A stretch of DNA of 64,000 nucleotides, taken from contig CM060731.1 in NCBI GenBank assembly GCA_030704615.1, positions 77,314,001 to 77,378,000 on the forward strand. Reading direction: 5' to 3'. Shown in pieces: positions 52,201-64,000 of the stretch (the first letter of the stretch is position 1; every line of letters starts with the position of its first letter). Made by a program: the position numbers and the translations under genes. This DNA comes from Takakia lepidozioides. Taxonomy: Eukaryota; Plantae; Bryophyta. The notes below the pieces were generated by a model, which did no database searches, was not told the origin of the DNA, and saw only the letters and a list, made by a program, of their open reading frames with translations.

Positions 52201-54789
52201 ACTATGTCTCCATCACTAGAGGGACAAGGGCAGCAGCCATACCGGCAGCTTCCACGAGCAGCAGTGGGACTAGTGGTATAGAGGCTACGACGTCCACCCA
52301 AGCTACTGCTGCACCAGCACCAGTGGTGGTGCCTGCCTTCAACCCTGTTGTGGAGTTCTTCGAAGAGTTGAGAAGGAACCACCAAGGGGTGAGGACAGAA
52401 AAGTTGGGGAGCTTGCAAGAGTTCCAGAGGAAGCCTACTGAGAGCTTGAGGGAGGCTTTCACTCGCATGAGGCGCTTGATTAATGTAACCCAAGGGGTTA
52501 CGGAGGCTCAGGCAGTCTAGTTCTGGTACGGGATATTGGACAAGGAGCTGAGGAGAAGGGTGCGGAATGCAACTCTCCTACAAGCAGCCCAACCCACCTT
52601 AGCAAATGTGTTTTTGCTGGCAGAGCGGCTAGAGCTCAACATGGTGGAGGAACGAGTAGTTATGGTGGGATTTGCTAAGGAGGCACCACAGGGTAGTGGT
52701 GCACCTAGCCAACCACTACCTCAACGTGCTCAAGGCAACAAGGGGGCTCAGGTGAAGCCCAGGGAAGGACAGAGAGGACCTCAGATGCAGGGGTCTCTCC
52801 CTTCATTTGCAAGCCAACAACGGGCGGATGTGGTATGCTGGACATGTGGGGGACCCCATGTCAAGAAGGATTGCCCAGAGGGAGGCAATGGTTTGGCACC
52901 GACACAGCCTGCACAGATGCAGTGTGGGCATTGTGGCAAGTACGGGCATGGAGAGGCCCAGTGCTATGGTTTGCATCCTGAGTTGCGCCCAGGCCAGTTC
53001 CAAGGGAACAATGGTGGCCGGGGGCGAGGTGGAGCAGCCCAGAGAGGACGAGGTGGCCAGGCACGAGGTGTATGCCAATGGCAGGCTCAACATGGCCAAG
53101 AACGCGGAGGTCAGGGTGGTGACCAAGGCATGGCCAACCGGCTTCAGCAGCTAGAGTAGAGGCTCGCTACCATGGCCACAGCTCAGGTGGTACCGGCTCC
53201 AAGGCCGGATACCTCCTGCTCCTGAGGGAGGAGACATGGGAGGCATGGGATTCATGTGCGGGGCAGCACTACCACTAGTGACACTACCGCTACCACTATG
53301 GGTGAGGCAGCACTACCACTAGTGAGGGGTGCCACTACCACTACCACTATGGGTGGGGCACCACTACCACTGGTGAGGGGTGCCACTACCACTAGTGTCG
53401 GGCAGCACTACCACTACCACTATGTGTGGGGCAGGACTACCACTAGTGCAAGTGGAGTCAGCTGCGGCAGTGACTCGAGGAGCAGCACGAGTTCCTGAAC
53501 CACGGGATGCGGAGGTGGAGTTGGATCCACAGCGTGGGGAGGCAAGCCATCAGGCCAGGCTTCCTCAGTCATTCACATTGGCGGAGACAGTGTCGACGCC
53601 GTCCATGGCACCTAGTTCTCGCCCGACTATTACCGAGGCGGAGGTTACTATGCCATTGGCGAGAGCTACACGGGCAGCACCACTACCTAGTGTTGCCAAG
53701 GCTACGGCAGCTAGTGTGCTGCTGGGGGCGGCCACAGCTGTGTGTCAGGCTCCATTATTCTTAGTTATAATGATTGCGACGCCAGGGGTAAGACCAGCTG
53801 AGGTGTTCAGGCTGGCAGCCACACTCTGTGAGAGTGGGGAGGTTACTTCATCTTCTGCGGAGATAGTGGGAGGTGTAGTGCCGGAGGGATCCTCGGATGT
53901 GAGGGTCAAGACTGCCACAGCGGCGCCATGGCAAGCTGCAGCTGCCAGGTTGATGGAGCTGCCAGCTAGGCCAGCCATTGAGCGCGCCATGGTGACACCT
54001 GGAGTTGTCACGTTAGACAACCAGGATGGCATTTTCAGTTTGAGTGGACCAGCAAGCAAGAGGTACCGGCCACTGCGAGTCTTGTTGGACTCGGGAGCTT
54101 AGCCATTGATGCTGGGCAGAGCTGCTATTGCAAGCTTGAGCCTCACGGAGGCGGATATAGAGCCGTGCCCTTTCCAGATACAGACATCTCTGGGAGGATC
54201 AGAGCAGGCTCGAGGCATGACACGACGTGAGTTGGCTATCAGACTACAGCCGGATCATCCTACAGATGGCTCAGTGATGAGAGCCAAGGCCATTGTGACA
54301 GATGCGGTCTCGTACGATGTCCTTGTTGGTGGGGTAGTGTTGTATCCCACGGGCTTCACCCTGGATTTTTGGGATGAGTCAGCTTCCTATAGGCCTGGAT
54401 GGCAGTCAGGGGAGGGCCGGCGTGTGCAGCTCCCTGTGACGTTCATAGGAGGAGTTGCGGTTGCCCAGCGAGGCAAGATGCCAACACTGGCAGCATTCAC
54501 AGCTGCAGTGACTTGAGAGTTGTTGGATGACTATACTCATTCAGAGGATGTGTCACCTCCGGGAGAGCAGGATGAAATGTATGGTATGGTGGAGTTGCCT
54601 GCCATGGTTGCTCACACTCCATTGTGGGGCTTGAGCAAGGATTTGCAGCGGGTTGTTGATCGACAGGTGCAACAAGCCTGGGAAGAGGCTTTTGTACCAT
54701 CAGAAGAGGAGGAGAGTGCGGGGATTGCACCAGAACCACTCAGTTGTCACCATTGGACACCACACCGATCGTGTGGCAGTGTCCGGATG

Positions 54790-55750
54790 AAGGCATTTGC
54801 CTTCTGGACTTGTTTGGCGGGATCAGCACTGGGTTGGCTGTTGTTCTAGTGTACGAGTACGACGTTACCTGTATGTGGAGAGGGATGAGATTGCACGACG
54901 CGTCTCCCTACGCCATGTTGCTCAGTTGGTGCAGCAGTACCCTGAGTTGTTGCCGGTGTCTACGGTTCATGGATATCAGCAGGCCTTGCTAGCAGACATC
55001 TCTTTGCTAGGGGCGCAGGATTTGCAGCGGGTTGGCTCCATTGATTTGGTAGTCGCAGGTTGGCCCTGCCAAGGGCATTCATCAGCCGGGCATGGCAATG
55101 GATTGCGAGACTCGAGGTCGGGTCTGTTTTGGGAGATGGTGCGGGTCTTGCGCCACTTACAGCTTCATCAAGCTGTATCTCCAGCATACATCTTGGAGAA
55201 TGTGCCACTGTTGGGCGATTCTCGGGCCAGGGTGATGGCCAGTGTGCATCAAGTCCGGTCGTGGCTTGGGTCAGTAGTGTTGTTGGATGCAGCTGTAGTG
55301 GGGTCACGGGCTCATCGTCCACGGCTATGGTGGACTAACGTGATGCCACCCGCACTGCTTAAGCGTGCATTTGATGGGGTGCAGCAACCAGCACACCTCA
55401 CAGTTGATAGCATGTTGGACACAAGGAGGCAATCTCAGCGTGTGAGACACGATGACCGTCCGCCTTTGGCAGTGGTCAACAAGGTGGGTCGACCACGAGC
55501 AGCACTACCTACACTGCTCAACTTCCCAAGATCGCATGTTTTCCGGGATAATGGACCGGCCTCCTGTGGGATGGTCAATTGCAGCAGTTACTGGAGCCTA
55601 ATGCCAATGAGCGAGAGCGGGCTATGGGTTTTTTCACTGGGACCACGGCGGTGCCTTCTCTTTCTGAGGCATTACGTCGTCAGGTGTTGGGGCAAGCGAT
55701 GGATCTAAATTGCTTGACCTGGATTCTCAGCTTGGCTATGGCTGAGCAAT
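54790..55750 (+). pseudogene. C5 cytosine methyltransferase domain (DNMT3/DRM-like) inside pol
   Basis: Motif I LLDLFGGISTG (54801), IV AGWPCQG (~55055), VI ILENV (~55190), VIII AHRPRLWWTN (~55311), IX/X ERERAMGF...RRQVLGQAM. Split by two frameshifts. Confidence 0.92.
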
Positions 55751-58700
55751 GTAGAGTGCGGAGTGCACTTCCCTTGATAGTCTTTCTGCCTACTGAGATG
55801 GTACAGGCAGTGAGTGGGGGCAAGCCGGTGAGGACCACGGGGTGTAGACATCCATGGCACACGTTGGAGGTGCTCGAGGTTCAGAGGGAGTTGGCAGCCA
55901 AGGCGGCTGTGATGGATGAGGTTGGGGATTCTTCTTGGGTTGAGGAGGTCCTCAAGGATGAGATGATGGGGCAGGATGAGGCCTTGTCATTGACTGAGCA
56001 GGCAGGGAGTACTACTCATGAGGTTGCGGCATAGCAACCACGAGACGCGTCTCCTACTTCTAAGTCTGTTGGACTTAAGGTTGCAGTTACGGAGGACAAT
56101 TGGGAGCCTGACATTGGACCCATTGTCACTGGAGGAGAGAGACGACGTATACGGCGGTTCCTGAGGGCTTATAGGAATTGCTTTGCCTTCAGTTTGAAGG
56201 ATTTGGGAGCACTTAAGGGTCAAAAGATTTGTATTGAGTTGGCCACGGACACGCCAATCTTTCGGAGACCCTATATATACAGTGACATGGAGAGGTCTTT
56301 GATTCAGATGAGGACTCAAGATCTCTGGGAGGCTGGTTTGGTGGAGCTCTCTAGTGGAGAGTATGCTTCAGCCACGGTGATGCCAGCCAAGAAGGAAGTC
56401 TATGGCAATTGGACGGAGAGATGTATGTGCGGTGATTACCGACCTGTAAATCCTCAGACCAAGTCCGATAAGTATGTCATGCCCACACCGGAGGAGACCT
56501 TTGATGCCATTGGGCATGCCAAGGTCTTTAGCACTTTAGACTTGCGGTCCGGATATCACCAGTTGCCGATCAAGGAGGCGGACAAGCAGAAGACGACATT
56601 CTGGGGGATCAATGAGCACGGGAAGGATTGCCTATATCAGTGGCGATTCTTACCATTCGGGCTTAAGAACGCTCCTGCAGAATTCCAGAGAGTCATGGAT
56701 AGGATTCTTGTAGGGGTGGACTTTGCTCGGTGCTATATAGATGACATCATCATCTTTAGTGCTATGGTGGAGGAGCACGAGAAACACCTTCACGTGGTGT
56801 TTGAGCGCTTGAGAGCGCACGGATTGAAATTACATCCGGGGAAGTGCAAGTTCTTCCACAACTAGATTGAGTATCTGGGCCACATGATATATCCTGGAGG
56901 ATTGGGGGTTCAGCAGACTAAGGTAGAGGCCATCGCACAGATTCCACGCCCCATGGATGTGAGCTGAGTTTGAGCTTTCATGGGGTTGGCAAACTACTAT
57001 AGACGGTTTGTCAAGGGATTTAGTGTTATTTCAATGGCTCTAACCAAGCTGACCAAGGTAGACCAGGAGTGGCAGTGGGAAGATGAGCAAGAGCAAGCTT
57101 TTCAGGATCTCAAGGCGAAGTTGACCTCGGCGCCCATCTTGAGACGACCTATCAGGGGGCGTCCTTTTCAGCTGCGTACAAATTGGAGCATGTTGGGGTT
57201 TGGAGCGGTGCTCACATAGGTGGATGATGAGGGAAGAGAGTTCGTAATGGCTTATGCTAGCCGCTCGAACAACGCTGCAGAGTCTAAGTACAGCTCATAT
57301 GAGGGGGAGTGCTTAGCTGCAGTGTGGGCCGTGGCACACTTCAGGTGCTATCTATACGGCAATCTCTTCATCTTTGTCACGGATCACCAACCAGTCAAGT
57401 GGTTGATAGAGTCAGACAAGCTTACAGGGAAGCTTGCACGGTGGGCACTTATACTCCAGGAGTATGACTTTCAGGTTGTGCATCGACCGGGTTTGGTCAA
57501 TAGGGATGCGGATGGATTGAGTCGCAATCCATGCACAAGCCAGCAGGATGACACTAGAGCTCGGTGGCATGGTAAGACGGACGAGGAGATGGTGCCGGGA
57601 TGGCATGCATCTGCCTTTTTGTGTATCTTGGAATCGGGAGGTCAGGTTGGACCTACAACATGGATGACTGTAGACGGAGTGTCTGAGGACCCTGAGGCTA
57701 GTGATGAGCCAGGTGGTGCCAGAGATATACATGAGGATTTGGTTGTGTTGGATTACCTCCGCACTGGAGACACGACAGCTAGTGTGACTGCCAAGGAGAT
57801 GGATCGGATCCTGCAACGAGCCAAGAGATTCAAGTGGGAGGGGATACACCTGCTTCGAGTATGGGAGGATGGTCGGGTGAGGATCGTGCTTCACCCAACA
57901 CAGCGTGCACAGTTAGTGCGGCATGCCCATGAGGAGTTGGGGCATTTTGGAGTGCGACGCACTCATAGTTTACTGCAGGGGCAGTATTGGTGGCGTGGTA
58001 TGCACACAGAGGTGCAACAGTTCGTGGCTAGGTGCATGGTGTGTGACAGGGTGCGTGCTTCATTCAACGCCCATACACGACAGTTGCTACCCATCATGGG
58101 ATTGGACTACAGGTGGAGTCTTGACTTCGTAGGGCCGTTGTCATTGACGATGCACCACCACAGATATGTGTTGGTGATGGTGGAGCACTTCTCCAAGTGG
58201 ATTGAGTTGGTTCCATTGCCTGACAAAACTAGTGAGGGGGCTGCGTATGCATTCCTGATCGTGTGCTTAGCCGACTTGGTGCTCCAGCTGAGGTACTCAC
58301 GGACCAAGGGAGAGAGTTCTTGGGGGAGTTTCAGACTTTGTGTGATAAAGCCTTGATAGACCACCGTACCACTTCTCGGGATCATCCTAAGGCCGATGGC
58401 TTGGCAGAGAGAGTGGTTCAGACAGTGAAGAGGGGTTTGCGCAAGTTTGGCTTGCAAAAGGGACACCTAGGAGATTGGGATCTTCAGGTACCTTGGTTAG
58501 TCATGGGCTACAGGTTCAGCAAGCAAGCATCACTTGCCTTCTTCTCACCATATTTCCTTCTCTTTGGCCGAGAGCCGGATTTGCCTGCATCTATTCGCAG
58601 GGAGGCTGCAGTAGTCCTCAACCTTGATGATCCGGATGTGTGGATACAAGCATGTGCCCAGCGGGCAGAGTTGTTCAAGAGAGTCATGCCTATGGCTTTT

Positions 58701-59015
58701 GAGAATCTTGCTATTGCCCAACACCGAGACACATTGAGGTATGCCACTATACGTGGAGGGGGATATCGGCCAGGTGTTCGGCGTTTCCACCCTGGGAACT
58801 ATGTGTATCTGCAGCAGACAGCGCCTACGACCTTGGATGTCACAGCAGGACGTGTGATTCTAAGGGTCAGGGAGGTGTTGCCTTCAGGAGTGTTGATTCT
58901 GGAGGGTCATGGCATGGTATGGAAGGACCATGTGCGTAATTGTGCGCCATGTCACCTTCCACATGTGGATGGAAGGATAGATCCCACCCTTCCAGTGGTA
59001 CCTGCAGGGTTGCGT

Positions 59016-59153
59016 TGCATGCTATGTGGGCATGCTCGTGGTGCCGCCACTATGCTGGTGTGTGATCGATGCTCAAGAGGTTGGCACATGGGATGCTTGA
59101 CACCACCTCTTGAGAGGGTTCCTGATGGAGATTGGTTATGTTCATACTGCTTG
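59016..59153 (+). other. PHD finger at integrase C-terminus
   Basis: CMLC...MLVCDRCSRGWHMGCLTPPLERVPDGDWLCSYC, a C4HC3 pattern. Confidence 0.92.
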
Positions 59154-59419
59154 GGATAATGGCAGTGGATATGACTAGTGGCAGCTCACAAGACATGGGA
59201 GGCCCAGCTCATAGGAGTCAATACCCAAGAGCTCAGGCTCAAGTTCACAGGTTGCAAGACGATGACTAACGATGGGGCAACTCTTGTACCCGGCCTCTTG
59301 ATCTATTGAGTTTGAGTGTAGTAGAGACAGTGGTGGAGGACTTAGTGAGGCTATGGCCACTATCACATCTTGTGGCTACCTGGACTTAGAGGGACCTAAG
59401 CGCCAGCTAGGGGGGCGAT

Positions 59420-59603
59420 TGTGATGGACTAGTGGCTGCACTAGTGGTGGACTAGTGGTTGCGCTAGTGGCAGGACTAGCGGTGCACTAGTGGTGGACTA
59501 GTTATAGACTAGTGTTCAGTGTGCACATGTGTTGTGTGGTCTTGGACAACAATGTAGTTGTGTAGCGATATGTATGCACACAACAACTAACCCTTATCTT
59601 ACA
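59420..59603 (+). mobile_element. Putative 3' LTR of the DNMT-gypsy element
   Basis: Purine-rich tract aggggggcga immediately before TGTGA...; ends TTACA. Contains 6 ACTAGT plus 2 variants. No matching 5' LTR found. Confidence 0.55.
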
Positions 59604-59609
59604 GGTACA

Positions 59610-61319
59610 ACACCCCCTCCACACAGACGTCTCGACCCCCTTCATGCAATAGCTAGAACAGATACTCACCATCAAACATAAATTAAAAGCTACCATCCAT
59701 CACCCACCTCACCTCCCCTACACCACAACACCTGTCACCCTCTCTCAGACCAAACCAAACAAAGCCTGGAGCATAGCGATTCCCCCCCCCCCCAGATTAC
59801 ACCCACAATACCCCCTCCCCCAATCCCCCTAATCTATCAACAAAACACCACCCCCAAATATCCCCTCATCAACTCGCACTACACTGACGGTTCCCTCACC
59901 CAACCCGATGCGGGCTATGGTATTTATCATGCAGGAACAAGGCAAGGGGTCGCCCTCCGGCTACCAGGTCCGGCTACCATCCTAAGGGCCAAACTGATGG
60001 CCATATATGATGCCCTCCTCCTGCTAGACTCCTTCCCGCCAACATACTTCATCTTCACAGACAGCCTCACCTCCCTATTTTTGATCCGCAACCATATATC
60101 CCGCCCATCTTCCCATCATCATCACCCTGATCGCAATCTCATTACAGCCATTGTTAACACTGTTATAATTATAAGACACCCAATCCAATTCCTCAAAGTC
60201 CGCTCCCACACTGGCATCCAAGGTAATGAGGAAGCGGATCTACTCGCCCAACTTGGCGCCACTAAACCCAAAGTCTACCCCACGGATGACCCTATCCACA
60301 TTGCCCACACTCACCCATTCTGGTTTATTCACCCCGTCCCAGACCCCCCTGCACCCCGACCAATACGTAATCTCTTAGCCACTCTCACCCATGAAGCCAA
60401 TAAACAAGTTGCTGACTCAATTAGCCATACAAAGGTCCATATTCAAAAATGGACCAAATCCAAAGTGTTGCACCACAAACTCTCAAACCACTTTTGGCAA
60501 ACCAAAGCTACCACTGATGCGCAAATCCGTCAAACACTCAAGTTCAGATACGCACAATACATGGGTCATCAACGTAAGCATATTTTTTGGCCACGACTCT
60601 ACCCATCATCATACTGCCCCATGTGCTCAACAACACATCACGAACAGGATACCTGGCCTCACCTGCTTAGCCGATGCACACACCCGGTTATTCACGGCCT
60701 ACATATTACCCGACACAACCACGCAGTATGGCACCTGCATAAACTCTTCTCAAAACGTGCTGAGACACGTTGGTTCACGCTCATTAATGTTGGTACTTAC
60801 CAGGGAAGACCACCAGACCACACTGTACCGCCATGGTTGTTACCATGCACATGTACCCGATCACCTTGCTCCTGCCCAACTAGACTTTCCCCAGACATAC
60901 TTATTATCCAAGGTCTACCCACTACTGCCCCAACACCTGCCTCCCCGTCCCCACAATTTACTGTCCACTTCATCGAATTTACATTTTGCCACGATAGGTA
61001 CCCTAGTGACTCCATCCTTGAGAAACGACAAAAATATGCCCCCCTCATCCTGGCAATTCGACGACAGGGTTGGGCAATAGGCCCACTCACCGTTGTCACT
61101 GCCGGAACAAGGGGCGGCATCCACAACGCCAGCATCAATGATATACATAATAACTTCAAAATTCCCCACCCCCCCCCCCCATCCATAAATACTTCAAGGA
61201 AATCCACCTCACAGCACTCCGATCCCTCACAGCTATCATCACCAACAAACGCCAACTCGAGTCTGGTTCTTCTAATGCGCCTCGGGGCCCATAGGCCCTC
61301 CACCCCCCCGGCTACCTAG
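59610..61319 (+). mobile_element. LINE 3' part with RNase H, CCHC-type knuckle and restriction-like endonuclease (Dualen/RandI-like layout)
   Basis: YTDGS (~59880), IFTDSLTSL and KVRSHTGIQGNEEADLLA (RNase H); CPMC...HLLSRC; RHN; SPDILII...FIEFT...KRQKY (REL). Confidence 0.88.
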
Positions 61320-61361
61320 TGTCCCTCATGACACTCTGTCTTTAGTTATATATATATATAT

Positions 61362-61430
61362 GGCCCACCCCCAAAAGGGGGCAGTAGCCGAAAGGTGAAG
61401 TGGCTCTTAGTTACGCTGGCTTCGGCCGGA
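61362..61430 (+). ncRNA. Putative structured RNA element between (TA)n and (TC)n tracts, downstream of the LINE ORF
   Basis: CCCCC-AAAA-GGGGG hairpin; C-AGTA-GCC-GAAA-GGT-GAA-G (AGUA/GAA loop-E motif with GNRA cap); CTGGC-TTCG-GCCGG hairpin. Confidence 0.45.
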
Positions 61431-61469
61431 GTTCTTCTCTCTCTCTCTCTCTGCCCCCCTACCCACTTC

Positions 61470-61810
61470 CCCTTCCCCAGAACTCACTATTCACTTTGTT
61501 GAATTCACAAACTGTCATGACCAATACCCAGCCCCCTCCACCTTAGAGAAACGAAAAAAATCTGCCCCCCTTATCCTTGTTATAACCGCCAGCGTGGTTG
61601 GCGCACCGGCCCTTTATCAATCATCACAGCCGGTAGTAGAGGTGGTATTCATACCGCCAGTATAAACACGTTACACGATAATATTAAAATCCCTATCCCC
61701 CCGATCCACAAATGCTTTAAGACCATTCACCTCACTACGCTTCGCTCCCTAACAGCTATCATGACCAATAAGCGACAACTCGAGTCCAATCCCTCTGCAA
61801 TACCCTAGGG
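61470..61810 (+). mobile_element. Second, diverged copy of the LINE REL C-terminus
   Basis: TIHFVEFTNCHDQYP...LEKR...IITAGSRGGIH...LTAIMTNKRQLES parallels 60950-61265. Confidence 0.8.
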
Positions 61811-62319
61811 TACCCTAGATACTGCTATCATATCTACTACTTCCCCTTGGTTACCCGGTGTCAACTGGACACATGTTTCTTTATAGGACCCACCCCTGTC
61901 GATCATCTTTTTTTTATTCTAATCAAAACAACATCTTTCATGTATATTAGTATATATTTTATTGAGTTGAGTACAAATTATAGTAGAAAATCTTCAAGAA
62001 GTGAAATATAACAATGGTAAAGTTGGAGTAACTATCGGAGCAAGCCGGATGAGATAACGGCTTCTTCCTCAAAGAAGATCAACGACATGTTCCAGCAGGA
62101 TAGGAAAAGGTCTCGCTTTTAGACTGTGAACTGGAATCGGATTTTTAAAAACCCATCTCTAGCTACTAGTTTGTCTGACCATGGGAGCCTTGGCAACTGT
62201 TAGAGGACTGTAGGGGACTTAGACACTTATACGGGATCTGTAGGGTACCCTTAATTTTTGCACAGACTGAGACCAACAGGAGCCTTAGGGGTGACAGCAG
62301 CGCACTGTAGAAGGGGGTT

Positions 62320-62705
62320 ACACAGCCAACACAGCCCGTTACAGTCGACACAGCCGACACAGCCGACACAGCCACACAGCCAGTCACAGCCTACACAGCC
62401 AACACAGCTAGTCACAGCCGACACAGCCGACACAGCCGACACAGCCAACACAGCTGACACAGCCCGTCACAGCCGACACAGCCGACACAGCCAACACAGC
62501 CGACACAGCCCGTCACAGCCCGTCACAGCAGACACAGCCAACACAGCCGACACAGCCCGTCACAGCAGACACAGCCGACACAGCCGTCACAGCCCGGCAC
62601 AGCCACACAGCCAGTCACAGCCCGACACAGCCAAACACAGTCGCACAGCCAGTCACAGCCCGTCACAGTTTCACACAGCCAGTCACAGCTTGACACAGCT
62701 GTCAC
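62320..62705. repeat. Tandem 9-10 bp minisatellite (CACAGCCGA / CACAGCCAA / CACAGCCCGT)
   Basis: Directly visible array of roughly 40 units. Confidence 0.95.
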
Positions 62706-63225
62706 GATCATAGGGAACGAAGAGTAGGACAGGGAACGACTGTGGGGAAACAACACCTGCGAAGGGAACATGTTAGTTCACAGACGACGGTTAGTGAGGG
62801 AAACGGTTAGAACTGCGGATAGGAAGATAAAGGGAAAAACGGGGAATTGAGGGGGATCATTATTCGAGGAGGACTTCTTAGTCAGGCTGGAGCGGAGATC
62901 GGAAGCAAAAGATGGAGAGCACGGTGAAGGAGGAAAGAGGATTAGTAGATGCTTGTTATATGCAAAGCTGTAGTGATATTGTAGAGCAGATTAGAGACAC
63001 AATGGCTTCGGCTTGATACCTGATAAATCATAATCTGATACTTATGCGATACAATCACACTGTGTAGAGAGATCTGAGTGAAGCTGTGGATTGAATGAAA
63101 GAGTGAAGGAAACCGATAGATTGATGAAGCAAACTGATACTTAATTATCAATGGTAAGGTAGCTAAGATGAATGCGGAAAGGGAAACAAATAGGAAACAC
63201 CCCCATGATACACTAGCTGTAGGTC

Positions 63226-63921
63226 ATGACTGATTGTTCTGCGCGGGCTGAGTACTTAGAGATTTCCAACTCTTCTATCTTGGAGTTTCCGCCTCGGATA
63301 GCGAAGGGATGGGTGAGTAAAAGCTGCGCGACATTTGGCGACCATACTGGGGACCTGGGACATGAACAACCAGATGTGACAGGCATCTGGTGGGATCATG
63401 GTGGTTGGACCATTAAAGAATTTGAAGTGAATCAAATTCCCTGTGGAACGAAGGAAGAAAGATTGTCCAAACGATTCTTTCAAAGGTTCTTGGAATTGCC
63501 AGACGGTTGTAAAGAAAATATTCTTAAACGAGTGCATGATGCTGATCCAGAATGGGGTCTAGAGAAAGGAGTGATAAAGATTTATCAGGTAGCCTGTAGA
63601 GGAAGAGCACGTTGGTTACCAACATTGGTTTATGTGATAGCATTGCTATCCATTGAACGAGTAGAGTTTGAAGGCTGGGAAGAAAGAAAGGTGAATGTTT
63701 ATACTCATATGCATGAAGAGCTTGTACTGGTAAAGAATTGGATCCCAAAGGATATTTTGTGGATCAAACTCACACCAAGAACAGCTTTTCAGACTTGTTT
63801 GCCATATGGTTATATGGTAACGGAGACTTCAAGTATAGCCAAGGGTGCATTGAAGCTTGAAAGAAACCCAGGCATATACGAGAGATATTACAGAAGAGAG
63901 TTTTGGTTATTGCCACATTAA
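63226..63921 (+). CDS. Intronless hypothetical protein (231 aa), possibly a TE accessory ORF
   Basis: Uninterrupted ATG-to-TAA ORF with globular-looking composition. No motif recognised. Confidence 0.4.
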   Translation: MTDCSARAEYLEISNSSILEFPPRIAKGWVSKSCATFGDHTGDLGHEQPDVTGIWWDHGGWTIKEFEVNQIPCGTKEERLSKRFFQRFLELPDGCKENILKRVHDADPEWGLEKGVIKIYQVACRGRARWLPTLVYVIALLSIERVEFEGWEERKVNVYTHMHEELVLVKNWIPKDILWIKLTPRTAFQTCLPYGYMVTETSSIAKGALKLERNPGIYERYYRREFWLLPH

Positions 63922-64000
63922 AAGAAATGAAAGACATGGGACATGAGTGATGAAAGAGAAGCTAGACGACAGAGATATTCAGCAAAAAGAGAAAGCTATC

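Larger units (their letters stand above)
51942..59159 (+). pseudogene. Ty3/gypsy gag-pol: gag, 2x CCHC knuckle, protease, C5 DNA methyltransferase, RT, RNase H, integrase, PHD finger
   Basis: CWTCGGPHVKKDC and CGHCGKYGHGEAQC knuckles; LLDSGA protease; LDLRSGYHQ, LPFGLKNAP, YIDDII RT; YSSYEGECLA, TDHQP, ADGLSR RNase H; H-H-C-C, TDQGREF, GLAER integrase. Many CAG>TAG-type stops and frameshifts. Confidence 0.93.

Noticed and set aside
61362-61405. Hammerhead or HDV ribozyme
   Set aside because: Lacks the CUGANGA core and no nested HDV pseudoknot could be drawn. Kept only as a generic structured RNA.
62166-62771. ORFs with TQP/TAD/HSR repeats
   Set aside because: Translations of the minisatellite.

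Overview
Eukaryotic, intron-containing plant DNA, most consistent with a non-seed land plant (inference). The first ~18 kb holds three host genes among small TE relics: a CPP1/DUF3353-like gene head-to-head with a conserved unknown gene, and a small secreted SPH-like gene. The relics are hAT-, piggyBac- and MITE-like elements plus copia and gypsy fragments. From ~18.5 kb onward the window is a nested transposon island. Its core is two large decayed DNA transposons, one apparently nested in the other. Their transposases belong to different families (Sola-like DDE; Mutator-like DDE-SWIM), yet both have the same layout: a transposase transcribed divergently from a spliced gene encoding a ParB/Srx-like domain followed by an N6/N4 DNA-methyltransferase-like fold. 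Each element carries its own family of 22-24 bp CpG-rich palindromes, seen only in introns and non-coding DNA. I propose this as a candidate parS/ParB-like, element-specific self-recognition or anti-silencing system (hypothesis). Further right is a Ty3/gypsy element with a C5 cytosine methyltransferase between protease and RT and a PHD finger after integrase. It sits among RNase H + REL-type LINE fragments, one followed by a compact structured-RNA-like motif. All family calls come from motif recognition by eye, not database searches.
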